The position numbers and the translations under genes were made by a program. Source: an uncultured cyanobacterium (lineage in GTDB: Bacteria > Cyanobacteriota > Cyanobacteriia > Cyanobacteriales > CAWUOF01). From it: a stretch of 64,000 nucleotides of DNA. The stretch lies in contig CAVUSO010000001.1 of the NCBI GenBank assembly GCA_963744145.1, forward strand, positions 7,008,001-7,072,000, written 5' to 3'. How positions within the stretch are numbered: position 1 is the stretch's first letter; the number at the start of each line of letters is the position of its first letter. Shown here in pieces: positions 1-10,184 of this stretch. The notes under the pieces are model-generated. The model had not been told where the DNA came from. It worked only from the letters and a program-made list of their open reading frames with translations, and did not search any database.

Positions 1-427
1 TAATACCAAACAGATCGCTACTGGTTAAATCCATTGCCCAATTTACATTTTCAATAAAATTAGGTGATTCTTTGCTATATTCAAAAGGTATAGTAAATTT
101 ATCTTGAGGCGGCTTCCACCATAGTTGTACTAAAAAACTAAGTGCTTTCTTTTGTTCTTCATTTATCCAAAGTTTAGCACCTAGTAATTGATCATCTAGA
201 CTCTTTCTAGCATCCATAAGGTTTCTCATATTAATATTAGGACATGGCGGACTTAATTTTCCATATTTGCCAATTGCTGATAACATAGGAATAATCATAT
301 CTGGTGTTAAATCTATTGCCCACCTACTATATTTACCAAACTTTAATTCCTGAATAAATTTTTCGTTTAATAAAGTTTGAATTTGATTTACCAAGTTTTG
401 ATAAATAATTTCGTTTGATTGCTCCAT
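1..427 (-). CDS. hypothetical protein, 5' part (runs off window start)
   Basis: Read by hand: ATG at 427, open frame MEQSNEIIYQNLVNQIQ... to the window edge; internal WAIDLT/WAMDLT repeat. Confidence 0.6.
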   Translation of the reverse strand, partial: MEQSNEIIYQNLVNQIQTLLNEKFIQELKFGKYSRWAIDLTPDMIIPMLSAIGKYGKLSPPCPNINMRNLMDARKSLDDQLLGAKLWINEEQKKALSFLVQLWWKPPQDKFTIPFEYSKESPNFIENVNWAMDLTSSDLFGI

Positions 428-468
428 AATCATTAACCCTTTTTTGATAATTATCGCGATCGCACCAA

Positions 469-876
469 TCATTTCCCAAAGGGCTGTCCCCATTTCTCCC
501 ACATTTGCCGATTAAACGGAGACTGCCACCGATAAATTAACTCACTTTCCAGTTCTTGACGGGCTCTAGTTTTACTCGGCACATTCCCCCAAAAAGCAAT
601 ACAAACAGCAACATCTAATCTATATCTCCGATGTAGGACAAGATAATTGGACACATAACCTTTGCAATAATGCTGACCGTCCCATCTAAGATTAGAAGCT
701 TTAGTTTCTCCAATATAGAGGATCAATTTAGCCGCGTTGTCCAGGACAAAGTAAATACACTCATCACCAGCATAACCATTACCGAAATCATGGAACGATA
801 AGGGAAACACTTGCAGGTCAAACGGTTCTATCTCCTCAACAGGACAATGCAGCGGAGTAACCTCAAACAAACTGAC
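469..876 (-). pseudogene. GIY-YIG nuclease-family gene, 3' part (split by IS200/IS605)
   Basis: CIYFVLD...LYIGET...RW...H motif; abuts the IS left end at 877. Confidence 0.75.
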
Positions 877-954
877 AAATTTTAACCGCGCTGCAAGCCC
901 ACCTCTTTAGAGGTCGGGATAAGCGCTGCGGCTGTCTTCCGCCGTCAATATTAA

Positions 955-1348
955 TTAATTGTGTTGATTCTCAATATATTTTCTAACAGTTTCTTCAGAA
1001 GCATTGCCAACCGTCCCGCAAAAATAACTTCTAGTCCAAAGAGATGGAATCTTTTTGAGATGTGGGTATTCACTACGCAGTTGAAACGAGGTAAACCCTT
1101 TCAGTCTAAACATAATTTGGCAAGCGAGCTAAATTAGGTGGTGCATCGACCAATAAATGTACATGATCTGGCATTATTTCTATCGCTACTATAGAACAGT
1201 CTAACTCAATACATTTATCGGTTAAAAGTTGCTTTAGACGTTCGGCTATACCTCCCACTAATACCTTTTTGCGTCTAGCTGGTATCCAAACAAAGTGATA
1301 TCTAATAAGTGTTACTGATGTACGTTTGGGTCTAAATTTATCTTGCAT
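955..1348 (-). pseudogene. tnpA: IS200-type Y1 transposase TnpA, frameshifted
   Basis: YHFVW...DHVHLL (HUH); after a frameshift near 1110-1130 continues LKGFTS...LWTRSYFCGTVG...KYIENQHN*. Confidence 0.85.
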
Positions 1349-1610
1349 ATACCTCTAAATTTGTTTGTAGATATTCTTGACATAAATACAATACCACCCT
1401 ACAATAGCAGTGGGAGGTAAGAAAATGATTTCCAGCTACAAGTACAAGCTTAGGCCAAGTAAACAACAAGAAAAACAACTAGCCCAATGGTTGCCAATGT
1501 TACGCGCTCTTTATAATTGGTGTTTGCGCGATCGAATAGATGGGTGGCACCAGCAGTTTATTATGGGTGAATATTGCGACCTAAGAACAAGAGTAGTGGC
1601 CTACCCTTTA

Positions 1611-1638
1611 GTACGGGCGTATAGCAATACGCCCCTGC
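1611..1638. repeat. short palindromic REP/SDR-like element
   Basis: GTACGGGCGTATAGCAATACGCCCCTGC; related copies at 17569, 37445, 37764, 37883. Confidence 0.8.
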
Positions 1639-2842
1639 TGTAGTCAGAGGAACTAACTTAGCTAATCCTTGGAAAGATGGTGGAGGCAAGGCTAAAAAAG
1701 AAGGGGAAAAAGATAAATCACCCAGAAGGACAGCCAGTTTAATGCAGGATGCTAACTTGCAAGACTTAAAGACTGCAAGACCTTGGTATCAAAGCGTTGA
1801 TGGTGGTGTATTGGGGGAAATTATAGCCAGGGTCAACGAGGTTTTTAACAAGTTCTTCAAAGGTGCTGGTTTCCCCAAATTTAAACGTCGCCATGATTTA
1901 AAGTCTTTCTCCTATAGACCAGGAAGAGTAAAAATCAAAGGTAATAAAATTTATTTACCTAAGATTGGCTGGATGCGTTTCTATAATTCACGCTCCATTC
2001 CACCAGGCTACGTGATTAAGACAGTAACAGTTAGACAAAAAGCTGTTGGCGTAGCCTGCGCGAAGCGCATAGGATGGTATGTTTCAGTCCGGATTGAAGA
2101 CAAAGAAATTCCTACCCCTCTAACTATTCTAGACAGTGAAATCAAGACTGTTGTTGGCTGTGATATGGGGCTAGGAAAGTTGGTTTATTTGTCAAATGGA
2201 AGTGCTATTGATAACCCGCGCTTTGCTACTAACAAGAAAACTAAACATTTAATGCGGATTAGACAACGGCGTGTTAATCGTAAGCAAAAAGGAAGTAAGA
2301 ATCATAATAGAGCTTTATTAAGAGTCAATAATTTGCACAACAAAATTCAGCAGCGACGTGAAGCTTATCAGTGGAATATTGCTAAGAAAATCATTGATAG
2401 AGCAGATGCTGTTGCAGTTGAAGATTTGCCAGTAAAAAATATGATGAAACGGTGTAAACCCGTTAAGTCTGAAACTGGAAGGTTTTTGCCAAATGGTCAA
2501 TCAGCTAAACGTGGTTTAAATCGTTCTATTGCAGACGCTGGCTGGTATGCGTTAACTCAAAAACTTGAGGATCTGGCTGTAAAGTCAGGAAAGAAACTTA
2601 TGAGAGTTAACCCAAAGCATACCAGTCAAACTTGCAGTAAATGTGGCCATATAGATGCAGCTAGTAGAAATGGTGAGAAATTCTTATGTACTAATTGCGG
2701 TCACATTGATGATGCTAATTTGCAAGCTGCCAGAAATGTAAAAGAGAAAGCAATTAAAGCCTACGGGCTAAATATTGTTAAAAGGATTAAATCAAAAACG
2801 GTACGGCGGGACTCGTCGAAACCGATACAATTAAATCTCTTT

Positions 2843-2930
2843 GAGACTTGCCCTGAGACTTGCCCTGAGCCTTGCCCTGAGCCTTGCCCTGAGCGTAGTC
2901 GAAGGGGTAGTCGAAGGGGTAGTCGAAGGG
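2843..2930 (+). repeat. 12-bp tandem expansions (CTTGCCCTGAGm x4, GTAGTCGAAGGG x3) of a CCCTGAGCGTAGTCGAAGGG repeat
   Basis: Directly visible; encodes CPETCPEPCPEPCPERSRRGSRRGSRR in TnpB. Confidence 0.85.
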
Positions 2931-3083
2931 TGGAGTTGTGTGAACGCTTGTCAGATAATACGCTGCCTGCAAAAGGCAAACGGCGTGTGGGCAAGAACAA
3001 GCGTGGATAAGCAATTATCTCTCTGGGATATTAAGAGCGAAATCTCTTAAGAATCCCATCCCCTAAAGGGGTGGGAGTGTCAA

Positions 3084-3241
3084 TTGCTTAGGTGCTGAGT
3101 TTTCCTCACACCCTCCTGGTAATTAAATAGTTGTTTTTTCCAGGCAATTAGTCCATCTTTGCTCATCACCATCGAGGAGCTGTTGGGAAGTTGGGAGGGT
3201 AAATCGCTGCTGGAGAATAGGTTTAGTTGCTGAGGTTCCAC
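3084..3241 (-). pseudogene. GIY-YIG gene, 5' part
   Basis: VEPQQLNLF...MSKDGLIAWKKQLFNYQEGVR; joins 469-876 after IS removal plus a 1-nt frameshift in an A run. Confidence 0.65.
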
Positions 3242-3544
3242 TGGTTGAGGGACTAATGCGACCCTGAGATATTAGCACAATTGGGGCATAATTGAGAAAG
3301 CGATCGCGACTATTAATTTATTGATAAACAATTGATTACCTGATTGATTTATAGTGTTCGCTCCTAATAATAGCGCCACTCATCCTTAACCAAATAATTA
3401 TAGAAATAAAAACTTTATCACTATTAATTATCAGACTTAAGATCAACTACTTAGAAAGATTAAATATTTATGTTATTGATCGGAAATTTGTGTATTAATG
3501 GTTTCAACAACTCATTCAAAAGAAATTTACAGGAAGCGAATATT

Positions 3545-4246
3545 ATGGCGACAAGAAGCTTAAACTTTTCAGGGATTGTTAACAAAACATTAAGACTAGG
3601 TAGTGCGATCGCGATAGTAACTAGCTTAAACTACATAGTAGGTATTCCGAAGGCACAGGCAGCAATTTTTGCAATAGGGGATTCAGGGTTTCAAGATAAC
3701 ACATTAGCTAATCTGGGGTTTTCTATGAATGGGGTCACATTTGGACCTCCGCCTATTCATGATTATGGCGATCTCTTTACTCAGGTGATGGTAGGAGATA
3801 CACAAATAGGAACAATCGACCCAGCAGAAGGCTTAACGGGTAATGAGTCTTATGGTTACGATGCTGGGACTACAACTATTACATTTGCGAACTGTCCACT
3901 CGGCGTGTATGCTCTTGCTTTCTTTACAGGGATTGATCCTAATGTGACAGTCACAGCTTTCACTAACAATGGTAGCCAAGTGTCTCTAACTCAGCAAGGA
4001 GCGGCAGAGAATTATCATGTGGGCGGTGGTCTGTTTGGTAATTATGTTAATAACTATTTTGGTTTTTATACTACTGACGGGGATACAATTTCTTCCATAG
4101 AAATTGATGGTATCTTTGATTATTTGTCAGCAGCTACTACCCCTTCTGAGGCTGTTCCTGAACCAACAACTATCTTTGGTAGTTTAGTCGGATTAGGTGC
4201 ATTAGTACGGACAAGACGCAAAAACAAGACTTCAGGTAAGTCTTAG
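3545..4246 (+). CDS. PEP-CTERM sorting-domain protein
   Basis: Signal-like N-terminus ending AQA; C-terminal VPEPTTIFGSLVGLGALVRTRRK; ATG 3545 preferred over 3470. Confidence 0.85.
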   Translation: MATRSLNFSGIVNKTLRLGSAIAIVTSLNYIVGIPKAQAAIFAIGDSGFQDNTLANLGFSMNGVTFGPPPIHDYGDLFTQVMVGDTQIGTIDPAEGLTGNESYGYDAGTTTITFANCPLGVYALAFFTGIDPNVTVTAFTNNGSQVSLTQQGAAENYHVGGGLFGNYVNNYFGFYTTDGDTISSIEIDGIFDYLSAATTPSEAVPEPTTIFGSLVGLGALVRTRRKNKTSGKS

Positions 4247-4531
4247 GTGATCGCCTCAACCCCACTGGAACATTACTAAATCGTTTCACTTCTATATTTT
4301 CGTTGACAAATTAATTAGCGATCGCATTTCCCATAGACCCAAGAGGAAAACCAGCGATCGCTTTCCTCAATAAACATCTAACTTACATATACCAATTCTC
4401 AGACAGTAGCCGAAAACAATTACTCCATAAGCTTTTGACCCACATACCATTGAAGCTTCTTTGCTTGCAGATTAGATGGTAGATGTAGAATGCGATCGCC
4501 TCAAATCACCACTGTATTTTTACTGAGGGAC

Positions 4532-4547
4532 AGTGATCTCAATCACG
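4532..4547. promoter_or_regulatory. CRP-like binding site
   Basis: AGTGA-TCTCAA-TCACG vs consensus TGTGA-N6-TCACA; ~120 bp upstream of 4668. Confidence 0.55.
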
Positions 4548-4667
4548 CAATAAGCTAGATCCCCTCACCAAATTCACCCAGAACTATCACGCTTGGACAA
4601 AACTGCAATCACTTACCAGCAAAGGAAACTGGGTGATGATTAAAGCATAGAGTTCAGGAAAAAAAAG

Positions 4668-4883
4668 ATGCCTCAAGTAAAGATTCTCCCCGGTGCAGTT
4701 AACGAAATCATCTACAACGTCGTCAAAACTCAGAAAATCAGTAAAGCTGATCGCTACGGAATTATGGTCGCTCTGTTAGACGAGTCCATCAGCAACGAAG
4801 ACCAAAACGCTATCAATCGTCTAGTCCGGCTAATCGTTAGAGGTAAAGTCCAGATTATTGATGAGTTATCAATGGCCATGTAG
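4668..4883 (+). CDS. small conserved cyanobacterial hypothetical protein
   Basis: 71 aa, LPGA...KADRYG.M.A.LDES; paralogue of 5374-5589. Confidence 0.8.
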   Translation: MPQVKILPGAVNEIIYNVVKTQKISKADRYGIMVALLDESISNEDQNAINRLVRLIVRGKVQIIDELSMAM

Positions 4884-4949
4884 GAAACTATTTAGATGGC
4901 GATCGCCCAAAAGAGTTTTGAAGCAACTAAATAATAAAAGGAAAATGAG

Positions 4950-5156
4950 ATGACTAATACTAATTTTGAACGTTCTACCTATAGCATTTTGACAGAAATA
5001 TTTGGTAATGCAATTAGTTCAGGCTGTTTAAGTAGAGAAGAAAGACTGCAATTTAAAGAGATATTGTTGCAAGATTCAATTGTCGAAGCAGATTTGTTAA
5101 TTGCCGATAGATTGCTGTATGCCCTACGCCGTAATTTTCTGAAGTTAGCAGCTTAA
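4950..5156 (+). CDS. small hypothetical protein, distant relative of its neighbours
   Basis: 68 aa, LLQDSI.E.D....DRLLYALRR; AAGGA RBS. Confidence 0.7.
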   Translation: MTNTNFERSTYSILTEIFGNAISSGCLSREERLQFKEILLQDSIVEADLLIADRLLYALRRNFLKLAA

Positions 5157-5238
5157 AAATTAATAGAAGTTTTCCTTAACTCTTAAGACGCGATCGCATT
5201 AATTCACTCCTAATGTGGTCGTTTTTTATTTGGTTGAT

Positions 5239-5254
5239 TGTGATCTATATCATC
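5239..5254. promoter_or_regulatory. CRP-like binding site
   Basis: TGTGA-TCTATA-TCATC; ~119 bp upstream of 5374. Confidence 0.5.
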
Positions 5255-5373
5255 TAAAAACTCAGAATTACTCACTATAAATATCCAAAGATATCACATT
5301 TAAAACCTAGCCTTATCACTTCTTTATTAGGGAAACCAGGAGATGATCAAAGTATCGAGTTCAGGATCAAGTC

Positions 5374-5589
5374 ATGTTCCAGATCAATCTACTCCCAGGT
5401 GCCATCAATCAACTAATCGCCGATGTGACTGATACCCACAGAATTACTAAAGCTGACCGTTATGGTATGATGGCCGCAATCCTAGACGAGTCTATCAGTC
5501 AAGATGAGCTTAGTTCCCTAGACCGTTTAATCCGTCTGATTGTTAAAGGTCGGGTGAAAGTTACTGATGAATTGTCAATGGTGATGTAA
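5374..5589 (+). CDS. small conserved cyanobacterial hypothetical protein (paralogue of 4668-4883)
   Basis: 71 aa, colinear with 4668-4883. Confidence 0.8.
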   Translation: MFQINLLPGAINQLIADVTDTHRITKADRYGMMAAILDESISQDELSSLDRLIRLIVKGRVKVTDELSMVM

Positions 5590-5786
5590 GAGACAATCTG
5601 TTAGAACTCAACTATATAGCAGCTTATTGGCGATCGCAATTATTTTGAAATTCAGATAGATTATTTTCTAACTTTCCGGTTAAAATCTGCACCTAACTTT
5701 AGCATGACTTTCAGCCCTGGTTAACTCTGGGGCTTTTTTATGGCGATCGCTCTCAACTGGATGAGTGCGATCGCTACCCAATCCTA

Positions 5787-5829
5787 TCAAGATTTGGACT
5801 TCTTAGTTGCTTCAACAGCAGTAGCCAAA
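5787..5829 (-). pseudogene. 3' remnant of an XRE-HTH gene
   Basis: Encodes LATAVEATKKSKS* vs LAIAVEETKKSKS* at the end of 6199-6414. Confidence 0.75.
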
Positions 5830-5988
5830 TTATTCAGGTTGAAAATCACTTTTTGATGCCCCACAAGTAGGACAAACCCAGTCATCGGGAATATCTTTAA
5901 AAGGTGTACCTGGGGCTATATCTGAATCTGGGTCACCTTCCGCTGGATCATAAACATAACCACATGTTTTACATTCATATTTTTGCAT
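5830..5988 (-). CDS. rubredoxin
   Basis: [15 protein letters not shown]...[11 protein letters not shown]; two CxxC motifs; 52 aa. Confidence 0.95.
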   Translation of the reverse strand: MQKYECKTCGYVYDPAEGDPDSDIAPGTPFKDIPDDWVCPTCGASKSDFQPE

Positions 5989-6198
5989 TTTACTGTTCCT
6001 CCTTAACTCGGTGTTACTATGCTGCTTTTGCAAGTAATACCATTTTTCTGTAACCCTGCACTTAATAAATGCTCTTTTCTGACTTTTTTGTAAATTAGAT
6101 GATCTCTAAGTATCAACCACCACAAAAGCTCTAGTTAATTCTGGGGCTTTTTGTGGCGATCGCACTCGTCAAGTTGAGAGCGATCGCCATCAATACTA

Positions 6199-6414
6199 TC
6201 AAGATTTGGACTTTTTAGTTTCTTCAACAGCGATCGCTAAATCATCAAAGCTGCATCGGTAAACATCTAACAAATGCTTCATCTTTAAAACTCCCATTGA
6301 TGGTTCTGTTATTCCCGACTCCCAGTTTCTTAGAGTGGACAAAGCAATACCCACTTTATAAGCAGCTTCCTCAGCCTTCAAACCTGCATTTTCTCGTAGT
6401 TGCTTAATGGTCAT
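6199..6414 (-). CDS. XRE/Cro-like helix-turn-helix regulator
   Basis: IKQLRENAGL...AAYKVGIALSTLRNWESG..EP. Confidence 0.85.
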   Translation of the reverse strand: MTIKQLRENAGLKAEEAAYKVGIALSTLRNWESGITEPSMGVLKMKHLLDVYRCSFDDLAIAVEETKKSKS

Positions 6415-6577
6415 ACTTCCTTCTCCTCAATCAATTGGCACAATTGCTTATACCAGTTTATTATACCAGACAATTGACAGGTACTAACAAGATGGTTTAA
6501 TATATAGAAAGAAAAATGCTCCTACGGTGCAGCCAACACCTAGGAGCGTGGTCAACCTAAAATAGCTAGGTCAACAA

Positions 6578-7213
6578 ATGAACAATTTAACTGTTTTTAG
6601 TGCTGAATACGAGGGGCAATCTGTACGGATTACTCCAGATGGTCGGGTGTCCGTGTTTGATGCGATCGCAGCTTTTCGAGGTACATCTTGTAATCCTCAC
6701 CAGATTTGGGGGGACTTGCAAAAAAATCATCCCGAAGTTCTCGCGCTTTGCCATAATTTCCAATTCCCAGGACAAGGGCAGCGTCCAACCCCTATAATTG
6801 CCAAAGAGCATTTAGAGTTAATTTTAGATTCGTTGCCATCGATAAGTCTTGTTAAGCGACGTGGTACTATTTCTAAAACATCGAACAAGTTTTATCCAAC
6901 AACAGAAGCTCAAGTTATTGCAGTTATTAAAGCTGCTTTTCCTGATTGTCAACCAATATCACAATTCTACGTTGCAGGTTATCGAATTGACCTTTATTTA
7001 TCAATTCATCAGATAGCTGTAGAGTGTGATGAGTATGGGCATAAAAATAAACAATATTGTCCAAAAAAAGAAGCAAAACGGGAACAAATCATAACGCAAT
7101 TATTAAATTGTTCATGGGTCAGATTTAATCCCTACAGCTCTGATTTTAATATCGGTGAAGTAATTTACCAAATTCGCCAATTAGTTTCTAATGCTCCACA
7201 GTTATCCAAATAA
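6578..7213 (+). CDS. antirepressor-like N-terminus fused to a DUF559/Vsr-like PD-(D/E)xK domain
   Basis: YEGQSVRITPDGRVSVFDAI; YRIDLY...IAVECDEYGH...RFNP; divergent from the XRE gene. Confidence 0.6.
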   Translation: MNNLTVFSAEYEGQSVRITPDGRVSVFDAIAAFRGTSCNPHQIWGDLQKNHPEVLALCHNFQFPGQGQRPTPIIAKEHLELILDSLPSISLVKRRGTISKTSNKFYPTTEAQVIAVIKAAFPDCQPISQFYVAGYRIDLYLSIHQIAVECDEYGHKNKQYCPKKEAKREQIITQLLNCSWVRFNPYSSDFNIGEVIYQIRQLVSNAPQLSK

Positions 7214-7833
7214 ATTAGGCGATCGCGAACTACTCTTAACCAAAAGCCCTAGTTAAATCTGGGGCTTTCCTACATTGCGATCGCGTATCTATAAGCAGAA
7301 ATTAATTGCAAATTTTCAACTGTTAATGATACTAATATTGGGGTTTTCTGTTGAGAATATGGAGGCGATCGCTGTTTCTCTAGTGCCAGATATCGAGTTG
7401 GTAAAAAGCTATATTTTCTTAGAAAAAGTAGTTGGCAAAAGGTTGACAAAAAGCCTGAAATTATTCTGAATTAAAGGTTAAAAGTTTTTGTGCGAGAAAA
7501 GAGACCCCCCCAACCCACTTCCCACCAATCAATCCAAACCCCGGGATGTGTACAATGCAGAGTCCCCATCCCATCATCTCCACCCCAAAAATCACAAACA
7601 AAACTATTAATTGGGTCACATAGCAAAACTTCAATGTATGTGTAGTGGGTCACAGCATCACAGGGAAGATGTCCTTTCACTGCCTGAATATTGAATTTTA
7701 GGTCTCCCTCATGCAACCATTCACCTTTACGTCTCCAATCTACCTTATCACCAAACCTGAAAAGAGTATCATAATCTACATCGGATTTTCCTCCGACACT
7801 CTTCCATATTTGTTTTTGGACACTAAATCCAAA

Positions 7834-8984
7834 AGACATCTCCAAAAATTAGGAAGTTCTTTGTGGGTAATAATTTGGTAGTTTTTGCTTACTTTTTTAA
7901 TGCAAGGTTGAATTACGAGATTATAAGCATTTGAAGCATTTGTTGTTAAAAACTTGCCAAAATATAGAAAATTGAATTCACTTCATATTCAGACTATTTA
8001 CTCAGTAGATAACCTCGACAGAACTAAGGCTTCAATTCGGAGTCTTACTAACCCACATACCAGCCGAATAACTTGCTCATAATTTTTCGCCCTCAGTCGA
8101 AATCTTTCTTGAGCGATGCGGAAGATTTTTACTAATCTAATTACATGTTCCACATAAATACGTTTCTGTGCAGATTTTTGATTTTCCTCATTTTGCTGTT
8201 CAGTTAATTGACGATTTTTCGGTTTTTTGTGGGGAGTAGATATTTGTTCAGCTCCTATATAAGCTTTATCTCCTCGGAATTTTTGCTCACTCCTAAATTC
8301 TTTTTGCCGTTCTCGAAATTGATTAATATCGCTTTTTGGACCAGGGTCACCTACTTTTAGATCGACAATATCTTTGGCTTTAGGCAAAACAATAAATTGA
8401 GTTTTTCTGGTATGCCTTTTCTTTTTTCCTGAAAAGAATTTTTTCTGCTCTTCGTAGTCAGATGGTCTTTCTATCGGCTGTTCAGCGCTATCTACGATTA
8501 ATTCATACTGAGTCAATATTTCTTGCACTAATTCGTAATCTGTCTCTTTTTTTTTCAATTGTTCTAACAGAGTTGCTGGTAGTAACTCTCCCAAAGTAAT
8601 CACCCACTCATGAAAAATGTTATGTGCGGTAGACTCGCTCACTTCAAATTGAATACCTAAGTATTGAAAAGTCGGAAATTGGGACAAATATACCAAGGTT
8701 AACAATACTTGTTCTTTGATTGAAAGTTTGGATTTACAACCAGCTCCTTGACGATTAATCCGAATTTTCTTAGTTTCAATTTTCTCTTGTTTTTGCTTGA
8801 CCAAAATTTCTGCATGACCGCATAATTGCTGAAATTGTTCAGCCGTAATTCCAATTAGACGTTTGATCCTCTTTGGGATGCTTTTCCAGGTATTCTAATA
8901 TCAGGCTCATTAGCTCTAACCTTTTGACCAACTTGACGATATTTTTTCTTATTTTAGCACGAAGTTTAAATTTTGGAGATGTCT
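7834..8984 (-). mobile_element. IS5-family-like insertion sequence
   Basis: TIR AGACATCTCCAAAA at both ends; 3-bp AAA target duplication (7831-7833, 8985-8987). Confidence 0.9.
7998..8910 (-). pseudogene. DDE transposase (IS5-like), 1-nt frameshift near the 5' end
   Basis: IVDSAEQ, GDKAY, RIYVEHVI motifs; ATG 8910 is out of frame with the main ORF. Confidence 0.75.
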
Positions 8985-9269
8985 AAAGTGTCCCTTTGAA
9001 TATTCAACCCACAACTGGTCTATAGTGCGGAGGTCTGTACAGGGAAACTCTAACCAATCGTCATTATCAAGATATCCCTCACAATTAGCAGCTTTAAGAA
9101 CAAGACGACGAGTTAACTTATCAGCTTTATGCCATTTTTCTGCTGCTAGAAGGTCACGAAGATGGCTATAATCTATCCCTACTTCGCTCTTAAGAATAAT
9201 TTCACTCATAATAGATTCCCTAAAGTCCCTATATAAAGGATACATTAGTGCTGACAATATTGTCCACTA

Positions 9270-9467
9270 ATGAAAAAAAGATACTACATCAAAGCTAGCG
9301 GTAAATATCCACTCCTAAAATCTGGTAAGTTTGCTTTAGCTGAAAAACGGGAACAGCTTAAACTTTTTTCTCGCAAGAAATACGCAGTAGCAGCGATTAT
9401 TAGTTTTCTGAACCAGTACCCAAATTGTGAGGTTTGGAAACTGGAAGTACAAAGGATCGAGTTTTGA
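9270..9467 (+). CDS. small hypothetical protein
   Basis: 65-aa ORF only. Confidence 0.35.
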   Translation: MKKRYYIKASGKYPLLKSGKFALAEKREQLKLFSRKKYAVAAIISFLNQYPNCEVWKLEVQRIEF

Positions 9468-9686
9468 TTTCCTGCTAATCATTTGTGCGATCGCATCTTG
9501 GTTAATTTTGACTATCCTTTTCTTTAAGGTTTAGTTAAATTCTGCTACTCATATTATTAGATGCGATCGCTTAATATTGATATCTTTGTTAAGAATTATG
9601 AAAACAGAATAAATTCATCATGTCAATTTGTAATAAGAAGGCTACAATTCTTTTATTTCATAGATTTTTCTGATCAGTGAGGAAAT

Positions 9687-10184
9687 ATGATTGAAATTGT
9701 AGAACGGACATCTAATATACTTATTATTCAGCAAAAGCCTAATTTAAAGACATCTCTAATGCCAATGGTAATTGTTTTTAGCATATTTGTAATTTTTCTC
9801 TATATATTTGCAGGAATATTACAAGCAATAGGATGTTTATTTGCTTCATTAATGATAGTGGGTTTTTGGTTTCAAATGATGAAATCTTCTGGCTCTACAT
9901 GGAAAGTAGAAAAAAATCAAAAGTTATTAACAGTAAAATTTAGCTGTGTTGCGGAAGCAAAAACATATTCTATAGATCAAGCACAATTAGTGCGAACAGT
10001 TTTTGGTAGTGAGCCTGATAGTGATGATTCATTTTATTTTATAGAATTTCAACTTGCTCCTCCTAATCAGCCAGTAAGAATAAGTATAGGAGCTGGCATA
10101 TTGTCTCAAAAAGAACAGCAGTTTCTCATTGAATCTTTCAGTTCTTTTTTAGGTATTCGCAAAGGAGAATTTTCACGCTTTTAG
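9687..10184 (+). CDS. hypothetical membrane protein (two TM helices)
   Basis: GAGG RBS; two hydrophobic segments near the N-terminus. Confidence 0.7.
   Translation: MIEIVERTSNILIIQQKPNLKTSLMPMVIVFSIFVIFLYIFAGILQAIGCLFASLMIVGFWFQMMKSSGSTWKVEKNQKLLTVKFSCVAEAKTYSIDQAQLVRTVFGSEPDSDDSFYFIEFQLAPPNQPVRISIGAGILSQKEQQFLIESFSSFLGIRKGEFSRF

Larger units (their letters stand above)
1426..3010 (+). pseudogene. tnpB: RNA-guided nuclease TnpB, frame broken by a 28-bp palindromic insertion at 1611-1638
   Basis: YKYKLRPS N-terminus; GCDMG, AVEDL, TSQTCSKCG..CTNCG, DDANLQAARN motifs; two ORFs join across the insertion. Confidence 0.85.
877..3083 (+). mobile_element. IS200/IS605-family element (divergent tnpA + tnpB), decayed
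   Basis: Subterminal hairpins at ~894-920 and ~3052-3077; right end ...GGAGTGTCAA; removal rejoins the GIY-YIG gene as ...PKQ|VSLFEVTP. Confidence 0.85.
7471..9209 (-). pseudogene. GUN4-domain protein interrupted by an IS5-like element
   Basis: MSEIILKSEVGIDYSHLRDLL...DLRTIDQLWVEYSKGHF | GFSVQKQIW...GHLP; halves rejoin after removing 7834-8984 and one AAA. Confidence 0.9.

Noticed and set aside
2761..3050. Overlapping short ORFs with tetrapeptide repeats
   Set aside because: Artefacts of the 12-bp tandem repeats inside tnpB
5989..6033. Longer rubredoxin start
   Set aside because: MQKY at 5988 is the canonical start and has an AAGGAGG RBS upstream
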